Assembly (NCBI GenBank): GCA_963676075.2
Contig: CAXXNZ010000024.1
Span: 32,198-96,197, forward strand
DNA from: Devosiaceae bacterium
GTDB lineage: Bacteria > Pseudomonadota > Alphaproteobacteria > Rhizobiales > Devosiaceae
Reading direction: 5' to 3'
Length of the DNA stretch: 64,000 bases
Shown one piece after another: positions 29,104 to 39,401 of the stretch (position 1 is the stretch's first letter; each line of letters opens with the position of its first letter). The notes below the pieces were generated by a model. It was not told the origin of the DNA. It worked only from the letters and a program-made list of their open reading frames with translations, and did not search any database. The translations under genes were made by a program, and so were the position numbers.

Positions 29104-31396
29104 GGAAGGTCCTGGAGATGACGTCTTTCTGCTGGTCCTTGGTCAGCTTGATGAAGTTGACCGCGTAACCGGAGACCCGGATCGTCAGCTGCGGATAGTT
29201 TTCCGGATGATCCATGGCATCAAGCAGCGTTTCCTTGTTGAGGACGTTGACGTTGATGTGCTGGCCACCGGCGGTGTTGTCATTGGCGGCAAAGTAGCCG
29301 TCAAGCAGCCCCGCAAGGTTCTTGGCCCTGTCGGCTTCTGTCTTGCCGAGCGCGCCCGGCACCACCGAGAAGGTGTAGGAGATGCCATCCTGGGCATTGG
29401 CATAGTCGATCTTGGCAACCGAAGCCATCGAGGCCAGGGCACCCTTGTGATCGCGGCCGTGCATCGGGTTGGCGCCCGGAGCGAAGGGCTCGCCGGCCTT
29501 GCGGCCATCCGGGGTCGACCCGGTCTTCTTGCCGTAAACGACATTGGACGTGATGGTCAGCACCGACTGGGTGTGGGTGGCGTTGCGATAGGCCGGCGTG
29601 CGGCGGATCTTGTCCATGAAGCTGTCAACCAGCCCGGCTGCGATCATGTCGACGCGGTCGTCGTTGTTGCCGTAGCGCGGCAGATCTTCTTCCGGCATTT
29701 CCTGAACGAAGTCGGTGATAAGACCACGCTCGTCACGCACCACCCGTACCTTGCCGTACTTGATCGCTGCCAGCGAGTCGGCGGCCACCGAGAGACCGGC
29801 GATGCCGCAGGCCAGGGTCCGCATGACATCACGGTCGTGCAGGGCCATTTCCAGCCGCTCGTAGCTGTACTTGTCGTGCATGTAGTGGATGATGTTGAGG
29901 GCGTTGACATAGGTCTTGGCCAGCCAGTCGGTCATCACCGAGAAGCGGGACATCACTTCGTCATAGTCGAGATAGTCGCCGGTGATCGGCGCGGTGACCG
30001 GGCCGACCTGGGCGCCGGAGATCTCGTCCTTGCCGCCGTTCAGCGCATAGAGCATCGCCTTGGCGAGGTTGGCGCGGGCGCCGAAGAACTGCATCTGCTT
30101 GCCGATGCGCATCGGAGATACGCAGCAGGCGATGCCGTAGTCGTCGCCCCAGTATGGACGCATGACTTCGTCGTTCTCGTACTGGATGGCGCAGGTCTCG
30201 ATCGAGATGTCGGCGCAGAAGGTCTTGAAGGCCTCGGGCAGACGGTCGGACCACAACACGGTGAGGTTCGGTTCGGGCGACGGGCCGAGATTGCGAAGGG
30301 TCTGCAGGAACCTGAAGCTCGACTTGGTGACAAGCGGACGACCGTCCGCGGCCATGCCACCGATCGCTTCGGTGACCCAGGTGGGGTCGCCGGAGAACAG
30401 CTCGTCATATTCGGGCGTCCTGAGGAAACGGACAAGGCGGAGCTTGATGACGAACTGGTCGATCAGGGCCTGGGCCTCGGCTTCGGTCAGCGTGCCTTCC
30501 TTGAAGTCGCGCTCGAAATAAACATCGAGGAAGGTCGAGACACGGCCGAGCGACATGGCGGCGCCGTTCTGTTCCTTGACCGCGCCGAGATAGCCGAAAT
30601 AGAGCGCCTGGACCGCTTCCTTCCCGGTCGTGGCCGGCTTGGAAATGTCGATGCCATAGAGCATGGCCATTTCCTTGAGGTCGGCAAGAGCGCGGAGCTG
30701 TTCGCTCATTTCCTCGCGCAGCCGGATCGTGTCTTCGTCGAGGATGTGGTTGTCGAGGTCGGCCTTCTCGGCTTTCTTGGCCTTGATCAGCGCATCGACG
30801 CCGTAAAGCGCGACACGGCGATAGTCGCCAATGATGCGGCCGCGGCCATAAGCATCGGGCAGGCCGGTGACGATACCCGATTTGCGGGCAGCGCGGATCT
30901 CGGGGGTGTAGGCGTCAAACACGCCCTGGTTGTGCGACTTGCGATAACGGGTGAAGACCTTTGCCGTCTCGGGATCGATCTCCCAGCCATAGGCCTTGAG
31001 ACCGGCGATCACCATGTTGACGCCACCGGTCGGCATGATCGCCCGCTTCAGCGGCTTGTCGGTCTGAAGACCGACGATGGTTTCAAGGCTCTGGTCGATA
31101 TAGCCGGCCTCGTGCGACAGCAGGTCAGAGGGGATCGAGGTGTCGGCATCGAGGACGCCGCCGGCATCGCGTTCTTTCTTGAGCAGCTCCTTGACCGTGT
31201 CCCACAGCATGGTGGTTTCCTGAACCGGACCGGCGAGGAAACTGCCATCGCTTTCGTAAGGCGTGAAATTGCGGACAATGAAGTCGCGCACATCGATCAT
31301 ATCCTGCCACGGGCCTCTGGCAAAACCGCGCCAGGCATCCGTTCCCGTCGGCGCCGTCTCGTTCTGGGCATTGTCGATTTGCGTGATGTGCAGCAT
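29090..31396 (-). CDS. pflB: formate C-acetyltransferase (pyruvate formate-lyase)
   Basis: 768 aa. Glycyl-radical motif RVSGYAV near the C-terminus, catalytic CC in IACCVSPM, and PflB-typical N-terminal blocks. Confidence 0.95.
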   Translation of the reverse strand: MLHITQIDNAQNETAPTGTDAWRGFARGPWQDMIDVRDFIVRNFTPYESDGSFLAGPVQETTMLWDTVKELLKKERDAGGVLDADTSIPSDLLSHEAGYIDQSLETIVGLQTDKPLKRAIMPTGGVNMVIAGLKAYGWEIDPETAKVFTRYRKSHNQGVFDAYTPEIRAARKSGIVTGLPDAYGRGRIIGDYRRVALYGVDALIKAKKAEKADLDNHILDEDTIRLREEMSEQLRALADLKEMAMLYGIDISKPATTGKEAVQALYFGYLGAVKEQNGAAMSLGRVSTFLDVYFERDFKEGTLTEAEAQALIDQFVIKLRLVRFLRTPEYDELFSGDPTWVTEAIGGMAADGRPLVTKSSFRFLQTLRNLGPSPEPNLTVLWSDRLPEAFKTFCADISIETCAIQYENDEVMRPYWGDDYGIACCVSPMRIGKQMQFFGARANLAKAMLYALNGGKDEISGAQVGPVTAPITGDYLDYDEVMSRFSVMTDWLAKTYVNALNIIHYMHDKYSYERLEMALHDRDVMRTLACGIAGLSVAADSLAAIKYGKVRVVRDERGLITDFVQEMPEEDLPRYGNNDDRVDMIAAGLVDSFMDKIRRTPAYRNATHTQSVLTITSNVVYGKKTGSTPDGRKAGEPFAPGANPMHGRDHKGALASMASVAKIDYANAQDGISYTFSVVPGALGKTEADRAKNLAGLLDGYFAANDNTAGGQHINVNVLNKETLLDAMDHPENYPQLTIRVSGYAVNFIKLTKDQQKDVISRTFHERA

Positions 31397-31597
31397 TTTC
31401 CTGCCTTTCTTGTCTTTTCCGGAGTACGTCGCGCCTTTGGAGGCGAGCGCCGCAACCCCGATCGGGGGGTCGGATCAACGGGGGGTCAGCTGTCCGTGCC
31501 GCCGATGTATGCCCCTGCAGGCCGAATTTGACCTCACGGAAGATGGAACCAGCTATGCGCATACTGGATAGCTAGGGTCGTATTTGATTGAAGCCGA

Positions 31598-31621
31598 TAA
31601 AACCCTTTGTTTGCAAGGGGT
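31598..31621 (-). terminator. candidate terminator downstream of kynU
   Basis: The minus strand reads ACCCCTTG-CAAA-CAAAGGGT followed by TTTAT. A second hairpin (CCCCG-N4-CGGGG) lies at 31628-31641. Confidence 0.35.
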
Positions 31622-31817
31622 TCAATGCCCCGGACACGGGGTTGTGATATTCCCTTTCCTGCATACGGAGATGCACTGCGTCAACCCGCCGCACGAAGGC
31701 CACGGCGATTGCGGGGCGATTTGGTCACGGGGAATGCACGGGGCGCATAGTTCGCTGTCAGGCTCGGCGGGAGGCCGTTGCCAAAAGCGGTCGACATGTC
31801 GACATCGCCGGCCCGGT

Positions 31818-33059
31818 TCAGGTGACGCGCGCACGCTCTTTATACCGGACGTCATCCCACAGACGCTGGTCGATAACCTCAGCGATGACCCCTGCGGCGC
31901 GGCGCACGTCGGCCTCATCGAGGAAGAGCGGGGTGAACCCGAAGCGCATGATGTCGGGGGTCCGGAAGTCCCCGATGACGCCCCTGTCGATCAGGGCCCG
32001 GATCGCAGCATAGCCATGCGCGAAGGAAAACGAGACATGCGCGCCTCTCAACGCGGCCTGACGCGGCGAGGCCAGAATCAGTTCCGGACAGGACTTCTCC
32101 ACTTCAGAGATGAACAGCTCCGACAGCTCGATCGTTTTGGCGCGGATATCAGCGAGGTCGACGCCGTCCCAGACATCGAGCGCACTATCGAGGATGGCCA
32201 GCTGCACCACGGGCGGCGTGCCGACGCGCATACGTTCGGTCGACATCGCCGGCCGGTAGTCGAGATCCATGGCAAAGGGCTCGTCATGGCCCATCCACCC
32301 AGCGAGGGCCGGCTTCACACTGGTGGCAAGATCGGGCCGGACATAGATGAACGCTGGCGCGCCGGGGCCGCCGTTGAGGTACTTGTAGGTGCAGCCGACG
32401 GCGAACTCGGCGTTGGAAGTGGCAAGTTCGATCGGCATCGTGCCCGCCGTGTGGGCAAGATCCCAGACCATGACAGCTCCCGCATCGTGAGCGCTACGCG
32501 TGATGGCGCCCATATCGTGCAGGCGGCCGGTGCGGTAGTCGGCCTGGGTCAGCATGACCACCGCGACACTGTCGTCGATGGCACCGGCAATGGCGTCCGG
32601 TGCGATCTTCCTCAGCTCGTAATCCCTGTCGATCAGATCGATCAGCCCACCGGCGATATAGAGATCGGAGGGAAAATTGCCGGTGTCGGTGAGAATGACC
32701 CTGCGGTCCGGACGCATTTTCAGCCCGGCCGCCAGAGCCTGAAAAACCTTGATCGACAGCGTGTCACCCGTCGCCACCGATCCCGCCGGCGCGCCGATCA
32801 GCCCGGCGATGCGCGATCCGACGCGCCCAGGCAGCATCATCCAGTCGGCGGAATTCCACGCCCTGATCAGCTCGCTGCCCCATTCGGCGACAATGGTCTT
32901 TGTCGCGGCATCCATGACCGCGCGGGGCAACGGACCGAGCGAGTTGCCGTCGAGATAGATGATGCCGTCCGGCAGATCAAAGAGATCCTTCCTCGGCAGT
33001 TGCGTCGATCCCATGATCGCGTCCTTTCGCATCGGTGCCAGGCGCCGGGCCGGCTTCAC
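31818..33059 (-). CDS. kynU: kynureninase
   Basis: 413-aa ORF with kynureninase-typical blocks (IYLDGNSLGP, FPSDLY, WDLAHTAG, GCTYKYLNGGPG). The start may be an internal ATG (33029 or 33014). Confidence 0.85.
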   Translation of the reverse strand: MKPARRLAPMRKDAIMGSTQLPRKDLFDLPDGIIYLDGNSLGPLPRAVMDAATKTIVAEWGSELIRAWNSADWMMLPGRVGSRIAGLIGAPAGSVATGDTLSIKVFQALAAGLKMRPDRRVILTDTGNFPSDLYIAGGLIDLIDRDYELRKIAPDAIAGAIDDSVAVVMLTQADYRTGRLHDMGAITRSAHDAGAVMVWDLAHTAGTMPIELATSNAEFAVGCTYKYLNGGPGAPAFIYVRPDLATSVKPALAGWMGHDEPFAMDLDYRPAMSTERMRVGTPPVVQLAILDSALDVWDGVDLADIRAKTIELSELFISEVEKSCPELILASPRQAALRGAHVSFSFAHGYAAIRALIDRGVIGDFRTPDIMRFGFTPLFLDEADVRRAAGVIAEVIDQRLWDDVRYKERARVT

Positions 33060-33760
33060 GCCCGCTGTGATAGCAGTCGCGCCGCCCGCCCGTCACCCGT
33101 CCGGTCCAAGGCTTGACCTCGCATCGCCGGCACGCCGGTGCCAAAGACAATCCATCCCACAGCCGCGACGACATAGACTAGCTGCCCCGGACGGCCTGCA
33201 CCTGCCGATATATGAACATGGCCTGATACTTCTGTGGAAGCACACCAGACGGGATTTCGAAATACTTAAAGTTGCACTGGTTTTGTATGGTTTTATTAAC
33301 CGCGGCGCATCACGGACAACAAGGCGCGTATGCCGTCAATACACCTTCCGGGGCCATCCATTTCAGATCAAGTCTTCGGGCAGTACCAAAGTGCGAATCT
33401 TGTCATCAATTCGCGCCACACCAAACATGTATACAATGGACGAAACCTCTGAGTTTTATGCAGGAACTCAAGAGATGGTTTGGGAAAACCCACCCCCTGC
33501 CGCTCATCTTTTCTTCTGAATCCTTCAGAAATGCCAAATTGTCGCAGGTAAATCTTGAGCGCTTTACTTTATCAGACTTAATATGATGAAGATTGAAACC
33601 CAGAAGTAACAAATATTTAATTTCTGATGCTTTAGCGTATTTACAGCTTCCCCGAGATTAAAAGTAACCCGCTTCCAAAAATGTGCCCGCAGCTGAACTT
33701 CCCGGACGCTTCGTCAGTTCGGAAGACGAGCGCATTTTGCCCCAAATCCTGGAGGTCAAG

Positions 33761-34087
33761 ATGACGACCGAACGTGCTCATTCCCTGCAATTGACAGGTG
33801 AGATGACGTTGCGCCACGCCGGTGCGCTGCATGAACAATTGCGCGGCGTTGCCGCGGTTCATGATCGGGTCGACATCGACTGTGCCGGCGTTTCCGAGAT
33901 CGATATCAGCGCGCTCCAGCTGCTGGTCGCCGCATCCAAATCTGCCGTGGCTGCGGGCAAGTCCGTGTCGGTGCGTTTTCCCGAAGGCGGCGCCCTCGAT
34001 ACGGTTTTGCGCCGTGCAGGATTTCTTTCCCCGAGTGGACAGCCAACGGCGCCTGAATCCGGCCCCTGGAAACACGATATCGGCTAG
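33761..34087 (+). CDS. STAS-domain (anti-sigma-antagonist-like) protein at the head of the che cluster
   Basis: The track ORF starts at 33683. The likely start is ATG 33761, preceded by GGAGG (33751-33755). STAS-like sequence LQLTGEMTLRHAGALHEQL...IDCAGVSEIDISALQLLVAA. Confidence 0.65.
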   Translation: MTTERAHSLQLTGEMTLRHAGALHEQLRGVAAVHDRVDIDCAGVSEIDISALQLLVAASKSAVAAGKSVSVRFPEGGALDTVLRRAGFLSPSGQPTAPESGPWKHDIG

Positions 34088-34102
34088 TCGCGAGCGAACA
34101 TC

Positions 34103-34471
34103 ATGACAAAGACAATTCTGACAATCGACGATTCTGCCTCTGTCAGGCAGATGGTATCCATGACGCTGACCGCCGCCGGCCACAAGGTGATCGAGGCCGG
34201 CAATGGCGCGGAAGGCTATGACACGGCCACCAGCGAAACCGTGCACGCCGTGCTCACCGACCTCAATATGCCGGTGATGAACGGGCTCGAGTTCATTCGC
34301 AAATTCCGCGGCCATCCCGCCGCCAAGGGTGTGCCGATCATCCTTTTGACGACTGAATCCGATGAAGGCCTCAAGCGCGAAGCCAAAGAGGCCGGCGCCA
34401 CCGGCTGGATCGTAAAACCCTTCAAACAGGAACAGCTCGTCGCCGTCATCAAGAAGGTGACCGGGCTATGA
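34103..34471 (+). CDS. cheY: chemotaxis response regulator CheY
   Basis: 122-aa single REC domain (ILTIDDS, LTDLNMP, KPF). Confidence 0.9.
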   Translation: MTKTILTIDDSASVRQMVSMTLTAAGHKVIEAGNGAEGYDTATSETVHAVLTDLNMPVMNGLEFIRKFRGHPAAKGVPIILLTTESDEGLKREAKEAGATGWIVKPFKQEQLVAVIKKVTGL

Positions 34472-36519
34472 GTACAGACCCCGCCGACACCTTCCGCCAG
34501 GAAGCGCGCGAACTGCTCGAAACGCTCGAACAAGGGCTTCTCGATCTCGAAAGAACCCCGACCGATACCGACCTGATCAACGCCGTTTTCCGCGCCCTGC
34601 ACACGATCAAGGGCTCGGGCGCCATGTTCGGCTTTGTCGAGGTCGCAGGCTTCGTCCATGAATTCGAAACCGCTTTCGACCGGGTGAGAAAAGGCCAGAG
34701 CGTGGCCACGCCCGAACTGATCGGAGTGGCGCTCGATGCCAAGGACCACGTCCATATCCTCATCGAGACCCCCGATGCCTCCGGCGATCGTGGCGATGCG
34801 ATCATAGCCGCCTTGCGGGCGATCGTTGAAACCGATGAATTTCCCGAATCTCCCCTTGCCGCCGCCCCCGAAAAGCCGGTGGAAGCCGAAACCGCGCCGG
34901 GCCAACTGCGCCGCTGGCGTATCCGTTTCAGCCTGCCCGAGGACAGCCTTGTCCAGGGCACCAACCCCCTGCCGCTGCTCGACGAAATCCGCGAGATCGG
35001 CCCGTGCACGATCACGGCGCTGACCGACGCCGTGCCGCCGCTCGAGGTTATCGATCCCGAAGCCATGCACCTGAGCTGGCAGGTCGATCTCGAAGCGGAA
35101 GATCCGCACGAGGCGATCGACGACGTCTTCCTGTTCATCCGCGATGGCATGGAGCTGTCGATCGAGCCGCTGGACGATGAGGTGGATACTGGCACGCCAG
35201 CCGCGCCGGAAGCCGAGCCCGCACCGGCACAAGCCGAAGAGCCGGTCGCGGCAAAAGACGAACCAACCGCGTCGCCCCAACCGGCAAAGCCGGCGGCGCA
35301 AGACAAGGCCGCCGCGGCAGCGGCAGGCGGTTCGACATCGCTCCGCGTGGCCGCCGAACGGCTCGACGAGTTGATGGACCGGGTCGGCGAACTCGTCATC
35401 GCCCAGTCGCGCCTGTCGCAGATGGCCGCCGGAAGTTCCGATATCAATCTCAAGTCCATCTCTGAAGAACTCGAACGCCTGTCCTCGGGCCTCAGGGACA
35501 CGACCATGGGCATCCGCATGGTGCCGATCGGAACGCTGTTCGGCCGCTTCCGCCGCCTCATCCACGATCTGTCGCGCGATCTCGATAAACAGATCGATTT
35601 CGTCACCACCGGTGAAGAGACTGAACTCGACAAGACCATGATCGAGCGCCTGGCCGATCCGCTGGTGCACCTGATCCGCAACGCCATCGATCATGGCATT
35701 GAGGACACAGGCGACCGGCTCGAGACCGGCAAGGCAAAAAAGGGCACGGTGCGCCTGTCGGCGGTCTACGCCGGTGCAGAAGTGGCGATCTCGGTATCCG
35801 ACGACGGCGCCGGGCTCGATCCGGCGCGCATCCGCATAAAGGCCGAGGAAGCCGGGCTTGTGGCCCCGGATGCCAAGATCAGCGACCAGGATCTCAACAT
35901 GATGATCTTCGCGCCGGGCTTCTCGACGGCCAAGGAAGTGACCTCACTGTCCGGACGGGGCGTCGGCATGGACGTGGTCAAGAAGACCATCGACGGACTT
36001 CGCGGCAATATCGAACTCACGAGCGAAAAAGGCGCCGGCACCACCGTGACGCTGCGGCTGCCGCTGACGCTTGCCATTATCGACGGCATGCTCGTCCGGG
36101 TCGGCTCCGGCCGCTACACCATTCCGCTCTCGGCGGTCGAGGAATGCGTCGAACTGCCGGCCGATGCCGACACCTCCTCACGCGGCCGCCATTTCCTCGA
36201 CATCCGTGGTGAGCTGGTTCCGTTCCTCAGGCTCAGGGAGCAGTTCAATCTGCCGGGCGAGCCCGATGACTATGAAAAGGTTGTCGTCGTGTCCGCCGGC
36301 GAAGGACGGGTCGGACTGGTCGTCGACCAGATCATCGGCAACAACCAGACGGTCATCAAGCAGCTGTCCAAGCTCCATTCCGATCTCAAGTCCTTCTCGG
36401 GCGCCACCATCCTCGGCGATGGAGCCGTCGCTCTCATCCTGGACACGGCGTACCTGGTCAGCACCGGCCAGAGCCGCGAAGACCGCCACGTCAACGACCA
36501 GACCGGGAGGGCAGCATGA
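34468..36519 (+). CDS. cheA: chemotaxis histidine kinase CheA
   Basis: 683 aa. Hpt site FRALHTIKGSGAMFGF, an Ala/Pro-rich linker, HATPase blocks (HLIRNAIDHGIE, DDGAGLD, GRGVGMDVV) and a C-terminal CheW-like domain. Confidence 0.95.
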   Translation: MSTDPADTFRQEARELLETLEQGLLDLERTPTDTDLINAVFRALHTIKGSGAMFGFVEVAGFVHEFETAFDRVRKGQSVATPELIGVALDAKDHVHILIETPDASGDRGDAIIAALRAIVETDEFPESPLAAAPEKPVEAETAPGQLRRWRIRFSLPEDSLVQGTNPLPLLDEIREIGPCTITALTDAVPPLEVIDPEAMHLSWQVDLEAEDPHEAIDDVFLFIRDGMELSIEPLDDEVDTGTPAAPEAEPAPAQAEEPVAAKDEPTASPQPAKPAAQDKAAAAAAGGSTSLRVAAERLDELMDRVGELVIAQSRLSQMAAGSSDINLKSISEELERLSSGLRDTTMGIRMVPIGTLFGRFRRLIHDLSRDLDKQIDFVTTGEETELDKTMIERLADPLVHLIRNAIDHGIEDTGDRLETGKAKKGTVRLSAVYAGAEVAISVSDDGAGLDPARIRIKAEEAGLVAPDAKISDQDLNMMIFAPGFSTAKEVTSLSGRGVGMDVVKKTIDGLRGNIELTSEKGAGTTVTLRLPLTLAIIDGMLVRVGSGRYTIPLSAVEECVELPADADTSSRGRHFLDIRGELVPFLRLREQFNLPGEPDDYEKVVVVSAGEGRVGLVVDQIIGNNQTVIKQLSKLHSDLKSFSGATILGDGAVALILDTAYLVSTGQSREDRHVNDQTGRAA

Positions 36520-37011
36520 GCACCATAGCATCCGGCCCGATGCGTGCCCTGACCATCAGGCTGCAGGACGAACATTTTGCCGTCGAGGCCGAAAACGTTC
36601 GCGAAATCCTCGATCTTGTGCCGATCACCGAGGTGCCCAACGCCTCGCCCTTCGTCAGCGGACTGATCAATGTGCGCGGCCGCGTCGTGCCGTTGGCCGA
36701 TCTCAGGGTGATGTTCGACATGGACCGGCCCAGAGCCGGACGAGGACACCAGGATCGTCGTCATCGAAACCAGTATCGAAGGCGAACCGACCGTTGTCGG
36801 CATCCTCGCCGACAAGGTTCATGACGTCACCGATATCGAGGCCACGGATATCCGCGAGGCGCCGCGCGTCGGCATGCGCTGGCGCCCTGAATTCGTGAAG
36901 GGAATTGGACGCTGGAACGGCGATTTCATCGTCATACCCGACCTCGGACGCATTTTTGAATCACGGGGCGCCTCCGGCGCGACCATGGAAGACGAAAGGG
37001 CTTCTCGATGA
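36516..37011 (+). pseudogene. cheW: CheW coupling protein with one +1 frameshift
   Basis: Frame 0 gives ...GLINVRGRVVPLADLRVMFDMDRP, then junk. Removing one base at CCC/A 36729-36732 gives EPDEDTRIVVIETSIEGEPTVVGILADKVHDV..., ending at TGA 37009-37011, which overlaps the mcp start. 496 nt minus 1 = 165 codons. Confidence 0.75.
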
Positions 37012-39116
37012 GACTGACAATCAAGACCAAACTGACCGCGACCTTTGTCGTTGTGGTGGCACTGTCCGCAGCCAGCATGTTCCTGGCGCTTCAGAGCCTG
37101 GGGCAGCTCAATCAAACCATGGATAATATCATCAACGGCCCCGTGGACCGCTCGATGACCATGTCGAAAATGGAAACCGAGATGGTTTCAATCGCCAACC
37201 AGGCGCGCGGCATGCTGCTCAGCACCACTGCCAACGACATGACAGCCGCCTGGGACAAATTGGTTGCTGATTACGATAACGTCCACGAAAAGGGCAAATC
37301 GCTGATTGGCAAGTTTACCGTCGCCGAGTCCAACACCCAGATGAGCAACTTCGTTTCCATCATGGAGACCTATCGCACCAAGATCGAAGCGATGAAGGAC
37401 GAGGCTCTGAAGAACACTGGTGAGATTGCCTACGCCATCTCGACCGGTGAGGCCAAGACCACAAAGACGGCATTCGACACCGCCATTTCCCGGCTTACCG
37501 CCAGTCTCGAATCCCGCATGAACGGCGGCGATCTGTCAGCCCTGAAACCCTATCAGGCAGCCATCGATTTCGCGCTGGGAGCCGACGAAGCGTTCAGCCG
37601 GCATCGCGGCGTTCTGTTGGCCGCCAGCCATCCCCAAGAGCAGGATCAGTTGATCGAGCTCTATCGGGGAGACCTTGCCACGCTGGCATCGCGCAGCGAT
37701 GCGCTCGGCCGGCTTCTTGGATCCGCGGATCGGCAGATGTTTGACGCCACCCAGACCGAGTTGACAAAACTCACCGCTGCCATGACCGAAGCCGTCGACA
37801 CATCGGCGCAACGTTCCATTCTCAATGCGACCGAGTTGGCCAATGCTGCCGGTGCAGCCGAACGCGCCCAGGCAACGGCGATCCTCACTGATATGGTCGC
37901 GGCCAATGACGTGGTCTTGCAGAAAGCCGTGTCAGACGCCAACGACCTGTATCAGAGCAATTTCATGCTTCTGGTCAGCATTCTGATCGGTTCCGCCGTG
38001 ATCGCCGCGGCAGCGGCCCTCTGGATCATCGTCTCGATTTCCCGTGCGCTGAACAGCGCCGTCAAGCTGGCCAATTCGGTTGCCGATGGCGATCTCAATG
38101 TCAGTGCCGAAGCGCGCGGCAATGATGAAGTCGCCGATCTGATCAAGGCACTCAACGCCATGGTCGGGCACCTGCGCGACGTCGTCGGCAAGGTGACTTC
38201 GGCGACGCGCAACGTCGCCTCCGGCAGTCAGGAACTGTCGGCCACCGCCGAACAGCTCAGCCAGGGCGCTACCGAACAGGCATCCTCGACCGAAGAAGCC
38301 TCGGCATCGATGGAGGAAATGGCCTCGACGATCAAGCAGAGCGCCGACAATGCCTCCCAGACCGAGGTCATTGCCCGCCAGTCCGCCGCCGACGCCAAGG
38401 CCAGCGGTGAAGCGGTCGACAAGTCGGTCAAGGCCATGCAGACCATCGCCGAAAAGATCATGGTCGTGCAGGAAATCGCCCGCCAGACCGATCTGTTGGC
38501 CCTCAACGCCGCCGTCGAGGCCGCACGGGCCGGCGAACATGGTCGCGGTTTTGCGGTCGTCGCCTCCGAAGTCAGAAAGCTCGCCGAACGCAGCCAGACC
38601 GCTGCGGCGGAGATCTCGACCCTTTCCGACGACACGGTCAAGGCGGCACGGTCCTCGGGCGAGATGCTGGCCAAGCTGGTGCCCGACATCCAGCGCACGG
38701 CCGAACTGGTCGAGGAAATCTCGGCCGGAAGCCGCGAGCAAAATGCTGGCGCCGCCCAGATCAACATGGCGATCCAGCAGCTCGACAAGGTGACCCAGCA
38801 GAACACCAGCGCCGCCGAGGAAATGTCGGCGACCTCGGAGGAACTGGCGGGCCAGGCCGAGGAACTGGAAGCGGCCATTTCCTACTTCAAGCTCGACGAT
38901 GCCCATCTTGCTGGCAAGGGCAAGTCGACCCAAGCAGAAAGACGCGCCTCCGCAAAACCCCATGGCGTCGCTAACCTGCGCTCGGCCGTGATGGAAAAGG
39001 CACCGCACATGCAGCCCAGAAAGTCGGCATCGACGGGGTCGGGTGGCTTCGAGCTCGATCTTGGTGACGCCGACGACGAACTCGACAGCGAGTTCACCCG
39101 CGCCGGCGCGGCCTGA
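37008..39116 (+). CDS. methyl-accepting chemotaxis protein (two TM helices, periplasmic helical sensor, HAMP)
   Basis: 702 aa. Signalling tip [40 protein letters not shown]. Confidence 0.9.
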   Translation: MRLTIKTKLTATFVVVVALSAASMFLALQSLGQLNQTMDNIINGPVDRSMTMSKMETEMVSIANQARGMLLSTTANDMTAAWDKLVADYDNVHEKGKSLIGKFTVAESNTQMSNFVSIMETYRTKIEAMKDEALKNTGEIAYAISTGEAKTTKTAFDTAISRLTASLESRMNGGDLSALKPYQAAIDFALGADEAFSRHRGVLLAASHPQEQDQLIELYRGDLATLASRSDALGRLLGSADRQMFDATQTELTKLTAAMTEAVDTSAQRSILNATELANAAGAAERAQATAILTDMVAANDVVLQKAVSDANDLYQSNFMLLVSILIGSAVIAAAAALWIIVSISRALNSAVKLANSVADGDLNVSAEARGNDEVADLIKALNAMVGHLRDVVGKVTSATRNVASGSQELSATAEQLSQGATEQASSTEEASASMEEMASTIKQSADNASQTEVIARQSAADAKASGEAVDKSVKAMQTIAEKIMVVQEIARQTDLLALNAAVEAARAGEHGRGFAVVASEVRKLAERSQTAAAEISTLSDDTVKAARSSGEMLAKLVPDIQRTAELVEEISAGSREQNAGAAQINMAIQQLDKVTQQNTSAAEEMSATSEELAGQAEELEAAISYFKLDDAHLAGKGKSTQAERRASAKPHGVANLRSAVMEKAPHMQPRKSASTGSGGFELDLGDADDELDSEFTRAGAA

Positions 39117-39401
39117 GCCAGAACCGCTCGGTGCAGTGTCGGTACGTGATTGTGGGAGATCGGGTGCGGCGAGCATCAGGCTCGCGGCCCCCGGTTACTC
39201 CACCGGCACCTCCACCCGTTCGCGGCATCCATCCTGGGAACGGGTCACCACACCAGACTCGGGGAACCCAATCCGTTCCCTTGCAACGAAATCACCGCTC
39301 CGATCGGCGGTAACTACCAACACAAGACGATTCACGACGATTTCACGAGGACGCTCGGTGCGTCCGGTCATCCGGCACACCGACTGTGAAAGGACCTAAA
39401 C

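Noticed and set aside
31581-31600. A TTGAT half-site (TATTTGATTGAAGCCGATAA) as an FNR/FixK box upstream of pflB.
   Set aside because: The partner half-site does not match ATCAA (GCCGA), and the site overlaps the kynU terminator region about 190 bp from the pflB start. It is not convincing without a matrix score.
33272-33612. ORFs 33272..33586(+) and 33406..33612(-) in the AT-richer spacer.
   Set aside because: They overlap each other, have no RBS and an atypical composition, and lie in what looks like the che cluster leader. They are probably non-coding.
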